Shown: in pieces, positions 47,271 through 55,360 of the stretch | How positions within the stretch are numbered: position 1 is the first letter of the stretch | How the letters are laid out: the number at the start of each line of letters is the position of its first letter | Origin: a virus | Length of the DNA stretch: 64,000 nucleotides | Virus record (IMG/VR): IMGVR_UViG_3300038505_000007 | Span: 45,946-109,945 of that record | Direction: 5' to 3' (one strand) | Made by a program: the position numbers and the translations under genes | Notes under the pieces: generated by a model | Seen by the model: the letters and a program-made list of their open reading frames with translations, nothing else | Told to the model about the DNA's origin: nothing | The model's database searches: none

Positions 47271-48836
47271 CTAAAACTTATTAGGCTTACTAGAACCAGC
47301 AACAGACTGTTTTATATGAGGCGTCTCTACTTTTACAGGTTTTGGAACTATTTGTTTCGGTTTTTTGATAACATCTGGCTGAGGTTTTGGTTGAGAAAAC
47401 TCTGTTTTAACAGAAGGTGATTCATTAACATTTTGTTGCTCTTTTTTACCAGCAGGAGCACCAGAAGCAGAAGCGTGCCACTGCATTATAGATTTCTTCT
47501 GTTCTGGACTAGAAGAGGACCAAATGTTGGCAAACTCATCTTTGTCCATTCCGTAAGACTCTGCTATATGAAAAGGTATTTCTTCAGCAGAAGGCTCTTT
47601 TTGCTTACGATCAACGCTGGTCACAGTTGGTTGTTTATCTTTACTAGCAGCAGAAGAGCCTATTTTTTGCTTATGCTCATTGTGAAACCTTATTGTCTCT
47701 AACTTCTGATCGTCAGACATGTTTTTCCATGCTGACTTGAACCCCTCTGGGTCTACATTATGTATCTCTGCAAAATCAGAAGGAAACTCTATAGAAGATC
47801 TCTTCTCAGAAGAGACTGTTTCCTTAGGTTTTTCTTGGTTAAACTTTTTCTTCTTTTCGTTGTAATAATCTAAGGTTACTTTTTTCTGATCATTGTTCAT
47901 AGCAGACCAGGATGTCAACATTTTCTGCGCGTCTACGCCTAATACGTCTGCTAAATCATCAGGCATGGTGTATTTTTCTTTAACTACAAATGTTGAAGGG
48001 TCTTTGCGCTTTGGTTTACTAGATGACTCAAAAACCAAATCTGTGTTTATAGAGGGGTCGTAAACATTCTTAGGTAAAGTTCCGCTCTTGGTTGCGCCTG
48101 TATTTATCTTGTTTGGCTGATCGTCTGGTATATCTTCTATATTTCTTGCGTATTTTTGCTTAATAGCGTTTTTCTTGTTATTATATTGATCAACCATGAA
48201 CTTCTTCTGCTCAGGAGTCATTCTGTGCCAAGCTTCAATAAAATTAGATGGCTCAACATTAAAAACCTCATGGAAATCATGAGGCAAAGTAGGTTCATCT
48301 TCTTGTCCCACTGCAGGCTTAAAGAGTTCTTTTTGATCTTTTAAATGATCTGGAGCTTCACCTGAATATTGTTGGTTAATGTAGTTTTGCAGATTATCGT
48401 TTAATAGTTTTTCTACTCTCTTCTTGTGCTCTATGAGCATGTTTTTGCGCTCTTCATCGCTCATCCTAGCCCAGTTTTCTTCAAACTTCTTTGGGTCAAC
48501 CCCATAAAACTTAGGCAGGTCTCTTGGATATCCTAATGGAGTAGAACTATAATCTTGATATCTCTGTTTTGGGGAAGGAAAAATAGCTGAATAATCTATA
48601 TCTTTATCTTTTTGACTCCTACTTCGAGGCTTATCTATACCAGCTCCGCCTGCGTATACTATTTTGTCTATATTTTGTCTAGCTAATTGCTTCTGCTTCT
48701 GAGACGCAGATGGGTTTCTTAGTATATCTACGTTTCTAAATAACTCATTTAGAAGTTTTCTATTAACAGATGATTTTGCTAAATTGCTGTCTACAAAATT
48801 GATAATATCTACTATCAACTTAACAATATCTTGCAT
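47271..48836 (-). CDS. 521-aa protein with five copies of a ~39-aa helical repeat
   Basis: Five P.D.....V.P..F...W..M..(E/D)QK..... units. Confidence 0.8.
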   Translation of the reverse strand: MQDIVKLIVDIINFVDSNLAKSSVNRKLLNELFRNVDILRNPSASQKQKQLARQNIDKIVYAGGAGIDKPRSRSQKDKDIDYSAIFPSPKQRYQDYSSTPLGYPRDLPKFYGVDPKKFEENWARMSDEERKNMLIEHKKRVEKLLNDNLQNYINQQYSGEAPDHLKDQKELFKPAVGQEDEPTLPHDFHEVFNVEPSNFIEAWHRMTPEQKKFMVDQYNNKKNAIKQKYARNIEDIPDDQPNKINTGATKSGTLPKNVYDPSINTDLVFESSSKPKRKDPSTFVVKEKYTMPDDLADVLGVDAQKMLTSWSAMNNDQKKVTLDYYNEKKKKFNQEKPKETVSSEKRSSIEFPSDFAEIHNVDPEGFKSAWKNMSDDQKLETIRFHNEHKQKIGSSAASKDKQPTVTSVDRKQKEPSAEEIPFHIAESYGMDKDEFANIWSSSSPEQKKSIMQWHASASGAPAGKKEQQNVNESPSVKTEFSQPKPQPDVIKKPKQIVPKPVKVETPHIKQSVAGSSKPNKF

Positions 48837-48865
48837 ATAACTATTTTACCATACGTGTAAAAATA

Positions 48866-48895
48866 AAAACCCCTAGAGATATTTCTAGGGGTTTT
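48866..48895 (-). terminator. intrinsic terminator after major capsid gene
   Basis: AAAACCCCTAGA/TCTAGGGGTTTT stem with T-tract on - strand. Confidence 0.85.
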
Positions 48896-48921
48896 CGTGA
48901 TCAACCGTATATACTTAATTA

Positions 48922-50370
48922 TTATTTTCCAACGTTCTCGAAGACACCGTTGAAACGAGGAGCATATACGAACAACGCGCCATAGAGGACTAACGCAAAC
49001 TCTAAAGCAGTCGTAACGATAGCAAAGTTGATCTTAGTGAGAGGAGACAACTGCTTGAACTTCATAGTCTCAGGAGAGAGATCTAACAAGAAAGCTTCTC
49101 CAAGACCGGGGAGTTTGCGTCCAGCAAGTCTGTATGTAGCATTTCCTTTAGAAGCAAAAGCTCCAACAAACTTCTCAGTACCAACAGCGCCACCTGGTGC
49201 AGACATGTATACGCGTATAGACTTAACACCTGCAGGCATGTTAGTGACAGTTAAGTCAATGTTTTGACCAGCAGTGATTGTTACAGGAGCTAATTGCAAA
49301 GGAATAGACTCGCCGTGGTCATTACGCAGAGTCACTTTAATTTGATAAGTACCTGCATCAAGAGCAGAACCAGTACCAGCGCCAGCAGCAGTTACAGCTA
49401 AAGAGCCAAGAGCAGGGGCAGCAGGGCTTACTGCAAGCATCTTAGCAGTGCTGCGAGGACGCAAGAATACGTTTGGTTTAAAATCAATTCTTCCAGCGCT
49501 AGTAGTGACGTTAGAAACACTGTAACCTACTGTTTGGTTAGCCAAACCAGGCTCAGAGCGGAACTGAGGATAGAATTGACGAACAAAAGCAGATAAAGCA
49601 GCTGGCTCGATGTGGAGTTCAGTAGGATGACCAAAGTTCTCCAAAGCAACAACTGCAAGTTTTTCGATATCATCTTGCATCAAGATGTCGCCGCGCAAAT
49701 CTTTAACTACAGAGCTAGAATCGCCATAGCCTTCAAAATCACCAGAGCGATGCAGTACATCTGTGTCGCCTTTTTTGATTTGCTTTAATAGACCGTTCAT
49801 CTCGATGCTATTAGCAGGAAGATCAGCATCAGAACCATCTAAAGCACCAGTGAGCTGGTTAAGGAAGTGAGCATGTCCCCAGTAGAGCTCGCGCTCGATG
49901 CTCTTCAACATGTGGAGAGTTCCTTCCTTAACACGCTGAGCGATGATGTCTCCGACGGTGTTGCGGACCAGTGTCATTTGGTGAGAAACTTTCATTCTTA
50001 CACCAAAGAACACGATCTTTTGACCGTCACGTACATAGATCGCATCTTCTTCCATTGGAGCTCCGCCTTCGCCGATGTAAGGAGCAGAGTCAGAGCCGTA
50101 AGAGATGATACGATTGTATTGCTCGAAAAGGTTATAAGCCTTATCGATGGAGATGCTCTGCCATAAAACGATATTTTTAGAATCAAAAGTTACACTTTTC
50201 AAGGTAGCATCTAAAGACTCAGCTTGAAGAACACCACCACCTGTGAGATCAGTGGGTTTTCCAGCACCGCCGTAACCAGCAGTTAAAGCCTTGTTCAAGG
50301 CCTCTAAGTCAGCTGGAGACACCAGCCCCTGGTTGATTCCGCTTATTAGTTGATCGATAGCCTCTTGCAT
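48922..50370 (-). CDS. major capsid protein
   Basis: Position after protease/scaffold, strong terminator, KA..AGYG...LQAESLD N-arm, EQYNR..SYG, Ig-like insertion, LYGAL C-terminus. Confidence 0.88.
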   Translation of the reverse strand: MQEAIDQLISGINQGLVSPADLEALNKALTAGYGGAGKPTDLTGGGVLQAESLDATLKSVTFDSKNIVLWQSISIDKAYNLFEQYNRIISYGSDSAPYIGEGGAPMEEDAIYVRDGQKIVFFGVRMKVSHQMTLVRNTVGDIIAQRVKEGTLHMLKSIERELYWGHAHFLNQLTGALDGSDADLPANSIEMNGLLKQIKKGDTDVLHRSGDFEGYGDSSSVVKDLRGDILMQDDIEKLAVVALENFGHPTELHIEPAALSAFVRQFYPQFRSEPGLANQTVGYSVSNVTTSAGRIDFKPNVFLRPRSTAKMLAVSPAAPALGSLAVTAAGAGTGSALDAGTYQIKVTLRNDHGESIPLQLAPVTITAGQNIDLTVTNMPAGVKSIRVYMSAPGGAVGTEKFVGAFASKGNATYRLAGRKLPGLGEAFLLDLSPETMKFKQLSPLTKINFAIVTTALEFALVLYGALFVYAPRFNGVFENVGK

Positions 50371-50390
50371 TTTTCTTCTCCTTTTTGTAT

Positions 50391-51095
50391 TTATTTAATG
50401 TTGTATTTTTCTGCAATTTGTTGTAGTTCTAGCCCAGTATCAACCTTAGCGATATCTAAGGTATCAACTTTATGACCGCTCTTCTTGAGTTCTAATAATT
50501 TGTTAACCAGCTCTGATTTGCTCAAAACTGTCTCTCCAGAGTGAGAAGACTTAGCGAGCACGCTAGTCTTAACAGAGAAACCTTTTTGGGGAAGAGGTTG
50601 GTTAGCAATCTTATTAACAACGTCAAGAAGTGAAGAAAGTTTTTCTTCGATGGGCTTAATTCGCTCATCTACATAGCTCTTTAACAAAGTCTCTGTCTTT
50701 TTAAGAGACTTGTTAAGACTAGATTTGTGCATTTCTAAAATCTCTTTAGCTGCTTCTTTTGTTTCTTCTTTGTACGGATGTTTTTTCTTCTTTTCTTCTT
50801 CGTCTTCTTCTTCTTTCTCTTCGTCTTCTTTTTCTTCTTTCTTCTCTTCTTCATCTTCTGCTTTTTCCATTTCAGAAGACTCTTTTTCTTCCTCTTCCTC
50901 TTCTTCTTTCTTATCTTTCTCTTCTTCTTCGTGCTCGGACTTTTTTGAGCTCTCTAATTCACCGTTGGCGTCTATTCCTGCCATACCTGAATCAGAGTCT
51001 CCAATTTTGCCCTCTACGGCAGATATACGAGACTTTATGAGCTCTTCAACCTCATGAATAGTCTCGTCGATAAGATCTAATAATCCTTTTTCCAT
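50391..51095 (-). CDS. putative scaffold protein
   Basis: Poly-Glu/Lys, coiled-coil, directly upstream of MCP; multiple xxK(S/A) motifs. Confidence 0.7.
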   Translation of the reverse strand: MEKGLLDLIDETIHEVEELIKSRISAVEGKIGDSDSGMAGIDANGELESSKKSEHEEEEKDKKEEEEEEEKESSEMEKAEDEEEKKEEKEDEEKEEEDEEEKKKKHPYKEETKEAAKEILEMHKSSLNKSLKKTETLLKSYVDERIKPIEEKLSSLLDVVNKIANQPLPQKGFSVKTSVLAKSSHSGETVLSKSELVNKLLELKKSGHKVDTLDIAKVDTGLELQQIAEKYNIK

Positions 51096-51118
51096 TATGC
51101 ACCTCTCATCTTATGAGG

Positions 51119-51520
51119 TTATTGACCCATGCCAAGCAAATCACTGTGTCCACGGATCATCATCGACCAAGAAGCATCACTGTTTTCTAATACGATGTCG
51201 TTAGCCATAGAAGCGCATAAAGCTAATAATTTAGCAGCAACTTCTGAGTTTAAAACGTCAGTAACAGATGTGTTAGTGTTGATAGAAGACTTAATCTTGA
51301 TTTTGCCGGGAGCTCCTACGCCGATTCCCAAAAACGGAGAAACACTGGGATCTACTCCGCCAAGAACAGCAGGGCTAACAGGCAGGTCCTCGTAAGAGAC
51401 AGTTAAATCGTTGCTACCGTTCTCTACGACAAACTTAGTAGCACTTTCAGAGTTTAAAGTTAACCCGAGCATCTTTGCGTTTCGAGCTAACTTCATTAGC
51501 ACCATAGAAGACTTTGACAT
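51119..51520 (-). CDS. hypothetical head-associated protein
   Basis: AAGGAG SD; between protease and scaffold. Confidence 0.65.
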   Translation of the reverse strand: MSKSSMVLMKLARNAKMLGLTLNSESATKFVVENGSNDLTVSYEDLPVSPAVLGGVDPSVSPFLGIGVGAPGKIKIKSSINTNTSVTDVLNSEVAAKLLALCASMANDIVLENSDASWSMMIRGHSDLLGMGQ

Positions 51521-51598
51521 ACCTTTCTCCTTGTGTAAAAAGTTAACTAACCGCTTATGCGGCTACATAACTATAATATACCACAAACTGTAGTTAAT

Positions 51599-53242
51599 TT
51601 ACTTATTTTTTTTATAAGAATCAGTTAGTTTTTTTAGTTGATCAAAAGATATGGGAGAAGCGCAGTGCCTGCACTTGACCTGATGTTTAAAATATACCTG
51701 ATTTTTACCACAATTGTTGCAAACAAACTCCACTAACCCTTTGTGTCCATCTAGGGACTCAGCCTGCAGAACACTGCCGCCTGTCAGGCTAGACGGAGAA
51801 CCAGCGTACCCATAACCGGCGTATAATGCTTTTTTTATATCAGAAGGTATCTTAGACTTAACTTTATTTACATACCAGTGGTTAGATATAGAGTTTTGGC
51901 CGCCGTCTTTTAGCTTTTTCCATGAACCAGAAAGACCGTTATACCAAGCATAGAAAGCATGGTCTGGGTTTATAGTCTTTTTCTTTATATACTTAAAAGC
52001 AGTGGTGGCTACATCTTTGTCAAGCTCAGGATTTGAATTAAGCAGCTCTGTTATCTTGTGGTGGTTCTTGCCAACATCAGACGCGAGCTCTGCTAGCTGC
52101 GGATACTTTTGTTTTAAGGCGTCGTCTTTAGAGACGGTTAGCGCAACAAAGTGAGGCATTAAACCAAAAGCCCCTCCTGCTTTATGTCCAAAATGTACAC
52201 TATTAGGATTTTTTATGGTTCTATGTGATATGTTCTTGCCCCCTGAGGACTCTACTTGAGCTATAGCAAAAAGTTCTGGATGTGAGTCTTTTATAGACTC
52301 CACTACATGTGCATGCGTAATTTTAGGAGTATCCTGAACATGGGCTTGTGATTGCTGCTTAACATTAGGTATGTTTGCTGAAATAGGAGCAAGCCCTACC
52401 ATCGTACCCAATATCTTTGCTTTTATGTTCTTTATAAGGTTCTCGTCGTATTGCGAGTTATCTAAGGAATAGAGTTCATCTCTTATCTGCTCTATCTCTT
52501 TATGTATCTTTACTAAGTTATTTTTAATTTTCTTGTTGATAGCCTTTTTTATGAGCTCCTCTTTAGAGGGTATCTTTATAGAAGAAGTATCCACGCCGTA
52601 TTTTGACAATATGTTAACTATTTTAAGCAAGTTAGACTCAATCTTCTCTGCACTGGCCATCCTTGTTATCTGTCTAAAGGAAGGCACATCTGTCATGGCT
52701 AGATGCAGAACAGAGTTTATTATAGCCATGTCTGCTTTATCGTCGTGTCTTGACTTATCAATAGAGAGGGGCTCAACTAAGGTATTTTGGTTAGCAGGAG
52801 TGAATGTAAGAGCAACTGAGTGTATCTTTGTCCTAGCTAGCAGTTTGGGATCAGATACGCCTCTGGCTATAACAGAGCCCTCAACAGAGGCTTTTAGCTG
52901 AAGGGGGCTATCTGTCTTGTGTATGTTTCTTAATATAGCAGCGGCTGCCCTAGCATTTGGATGGTCTTCGTCGTCAAATAAGTACCCTTTTACGTATATA
53001 AAAGGTACCTTTATCTTATTCCAGTAGTATTTCTGCCTCTCATCAGTGGCGTCCTCTTCCTTTAATATCTTCTTAGCAAACGTGATTCGACCTATAGTGT
53101 TAAAAAAGCCAGCCCCATGGTTGTCGTTAAACCTACCACGGCCAGCCTCTAATTCAGATATATCTGCTCCCTCTATAGATAAGACTTCTCCTTGAGTGTC
53201 TCTTATCTCAGAGCCAGCTATCATGTCTATATTTAGTCTCAT
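51599..53242 (-). CDS. prohead protease fused to lytic transglycosylase, capsid N-arm copy and Zn ribbon
   Basis: DTQGE...NDNH(His)...ASVEG(Ser); AIAQVESSGG(Glu)...FGLMP...WYNG; KALYAGYG...LQAESLD; CNNC..CRHC. Confidence 0.8.
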   Translation of the reverse strand: MRLNIDMIAGSEIRDTQGEVLSIEGADISELEAGRGRFNDNHGAGFFNTIGRITFAKKILKEEDATDERQKYYWNKIKVPFIYVKGYLFDDEDHPNARAAAAILRNIHKTDSPLQLKASVEGSVIARGVSDPKLLARTKIHSVALTFTPANQNTLVEPLSIDKSRHDDKADMAIINSVLHLAMTDVPSFRQITRMASAEKIESNLLKIVNILSKYGVDTSSIKIPSKEELIKKAINKKIKNNLVKIHKEIEQIRDELYSLDNSQYDENLIKNIKAKILGTMVGLAPISANIPNVKQQSQAHVQDTPKITHAHVVESIKDSHPELFAIAQVESSGGKNISHRTIKNPNSVHFGHKAGGAFGLMPHFVALTVSKDDALKQKYPQLAELASDVGKNHHKITELLNSNPELDKDVATTAFKYIKKKTINPDHAFYAWYNGLSGSWKKLKDGGQNSISNHWYVNKVKSKIPSDIKKALYAGYGYAGSPSSLTGGSVLQAESLDGHKGLVEFVCNNCGKNQVYFKHQVKCRHCASPISFDQLKKLTDSYKKNK

Positions 53243-53311
53243 TTTTTATGATTATACCATAAGTGGGTCTTATTAAGACGCCAACCCCGGGAGTACATGA
53301 CACGACGGTTA

Positions 53312-53623
53312 TTAAAAGAGTACTATACTAGATATAATAGATTTAAGGTCTTTCTCAAAGGCCTTTCGTCTAGAGGGTTTTATCTTTTTTAGATCGGACT
53401 TCTTTAGGGACTCTTCTAAAGATCTCTTATTGATAACAAAAGATACCTCATCTTTGATATGAAACTTAGGAACGCATATAGCGAACAGGTCTAGGTCGTC
53501 TTCTGTACAGGTTAACACGACCCTAACACTAAGAGGCCACTTGTCGTTAAATCTCTGGGCTCTCTGTATCAAAGAGACCAACTCTTTTCTCTTTGAGATC
53601 GGCAACTCTTTATTACGAGACAT
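53312..53623 (-). CDS. hypothetical protein
   Basis: ORF in operon. Confidence 0.6.
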   Translation of the reverse strand: MSRNKELPISKRKELVSLIQRAQRFNDKWPLSVRVVLTCTEDDLDLFAICVPKFHIKDEVSFVINKRSLEESLKKSDLKKIKPSRRKAFEKDLKSIISSIVLF

Positions 53624-53626
53624 GGC

Positions 53627-53956
53627 TTATCTGGATTCCTTTATAGTCTTGTTCAACTTTAACTTGTTCTTTGCTTTCTTCTCTATGTTTCTAACAGTAT
53701 CCACCGATATATTAAGCAGTGCCGCAATCTCTATCTCAGAGAGAGTCTCTTCTGGACCCAGCTTGTCGTACGCTAGCTTAAAAAAGCAATAACAAGCACT
53801 TTGGCTATCTACAGCCCATGGGCAACCAGGAAGGTTGTTTTCTTCCTCCTCTGAGAGTTCTTTTCCTGCCGTCCTGATAGCCCGCAGTCTCATTACAGCT
53901 AGCGGGCACCAGGTGTCAGGATATGTTTTTAGCTTTCTTGGGCACCTTTGGTCCAT
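53627..53956 (-). CDS. Cys-rich domain plus sigma-70 region-4 HTH
   Basis: TLSEIEIAALLNISVDTVRNIEKKAKNKL; five N-terminal Cys. Confidence 0.75.
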   Translation of the reverse strand: MDQRCPRKLKTYPDTWCPLAVMRLRAIRTAGKELSEEEENNLPGCPWAVDSQSACYCFFKLAYDKLGPEETLSEIEIAALLNISVDTVRNIEKKAKNKLKLNKTIKESR

Positions 53957-53958
53957 AA

Positions 53959-54543
53959 TTAGTGCTTAATCTGCTCTGCTGCTGTTGTTGTTTGTGTTGT
54001 AGACTGATTAACTGTGGCGTCTTTTAACAAGACTCTCAAGATGGAGACCTCGATATCAGCATCTCCAGACTTAGAGAGAACAGTAGTGCCAACAGATTTA
54101 CCTAGAATATCTGCAACAAAAGAGAGCTCTTTTTGCTTTAACGTCTCGTCGTTGATCCTAACAACGCTCTTAACAGGGTCTTTACCAGTAGAGAGGTTCT
54201 TAATGTTTAAGACAACAACAGAGTTGTTCTCCACCATAGAGGCATCAACTAGCCCCTCTGTCTGCGCAAGCTTTTCAATAGAAGCATCAAAGTCTTTTGA
54301 TTTTCTGGCATTAGCTGCATCAAATAGCTGCTTCTCATCGACCTTCAGCACATCAAAAACAAGAGCGTGCAATAGATAATGCATGTCTTTATGCAGCTCA
54401 TTTACAACATCTACTAAGGACCTTAAGCTCTGAACCTGATCAAGAAGAGTCTTGCTCATAAGCTGCTGAATCCTTAAGGCAACAGAAAGGTTCTCTACAT
54501 GCTTAGCTAAGTCTTGTTCTTGAGATTGCTGTTTAATTTTCAT
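53959..54543 (-). CDS. hypothetical protein (coiled-coil N-terminus, possibly FKBP/GreA-like C-terminal fold)
   Basis: AGGAGG SD; ILGKSVG...IEVSILRV loosely matches. Confidence 0.6.
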   Translation of the reverse strand: MKIKQQSQEQDLAKHVENLSVALRIQQLMSKTLLDQVQSLRSLVDVVNELHKDMHYLLHALVFDVLKVDEKQLFDAANARKSKDFDASIEKLAQTEGLVDASMVENNSVVVLNIKNLSTGKDPVKSVVRINDETLKQKELSFVADILGKSVGTTVLSKSGDADIEVSILRVLLKDATVNQSTTQTTTAAEQIKH

Positions 54544-54564
54544 TTTTCCTCCTATTTAATTTGT

Positions 54565-55350
54565 TTAGTTCTTGCTCATCATTTTTTTATACAAAGCTTT
54601 ATAAAACTTTATCTCTTCTTGTGATAAAGTCTCTAAGTTAGCCGAACTATCGTCTTTACTGAACAAAGAATCCAACATCTTATTAAGAAAACCCCTTATT
54701 TGCTCCTCAATAAAATCATAATGCTCACCAGTCTGTTTAATGATTCTTTTTGAAAGAATAAGATTTATAGCATTAGCTCTCTCTAGCTTAATTTGCTGAG
54801 GAGACTTATGTGGAACAGAGGTCTTGCTAGACTTAGCGTCAGAGTTTTCCTTGCTTTTACTCTCAGCATTTTTAGAAGCCGGCTGGTCAACAAAATCTTT
54901 TAATGTCTTTTTAACAAAACCAAACTCATCAGCCATGGATAAGAATAACTTTCTAGCGATATTAAACTGATTCTTATCAAATGGCTCATTATTAGCCACA
55001 CACCTGTTCCATAAAGCCAACACGTCTGGATCGTACATCAATATGCGCTGCGTGTCCAGCTTGTCTTCAACCTGCCTAATAAGCATTATGTCTTCTTTGG
55101 ATAACTTAGGCTTTCTATTGTAGACAAAAGGCCAAACCAGCTCACCGTAATGAGACCTATCAAGCACTAAACCAACAGGTTCATCTCTGGATGACATTAA
55201 TAAGTCTATTATCTGAGCCTTGTATTCTTCGCTTGACATCTCTGCAGGAGGAGCACCTAGATGCACCACGCTATAACCTTCTGACTCTAGCTTGGACGCA
55301 ACAGTGCTCTTACCTGTTCTATCCATTCCTTCTAGTATTATCAAAGACAT
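54565..55350 (-). CDS. deoxynucleoside monophosphate kinase (thymidylate-kinase-like, second copy)
   Basis: ILEGMDRTGKST, LVLDRSHYGELVW. Confidence 0.8.
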   Translation of the reverse strand: MSLIILEGMDRTGKSTVASKLESEGYSVVHLGAPPAEMSSEEYKAQIIDLLMSSRDEPVGLVLDRSHYGELVWPFVYNRKPKLSKEDIMLIRQVEDKLDTQRILMYDPDVLALWNRCVANNEPFDKNQFNIARKLFLSMADEFGFVKKTLKDFVDQPASKNAESKSKENSDAKSSKTSVPHKSPQQIKLERANAINLILSKRIIKQTGEHYDFIEEQIRGFLNKMLDSLFSKDDSSANLETLSQEEIKFYKALYKKMMSKN

Positions 55351-55360
55351 CTAATGTCTC

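Noticed and set aside
50710-51057. Ser/Phe-rich + strand ORFs and similar antisense ORFs in the track (e.g. 18821-19309, 25511-25969, 41934-42209)
   Set aside because: Shadows of low-complexity or long genes on the opposite strand; no SD or recognisable motifs.
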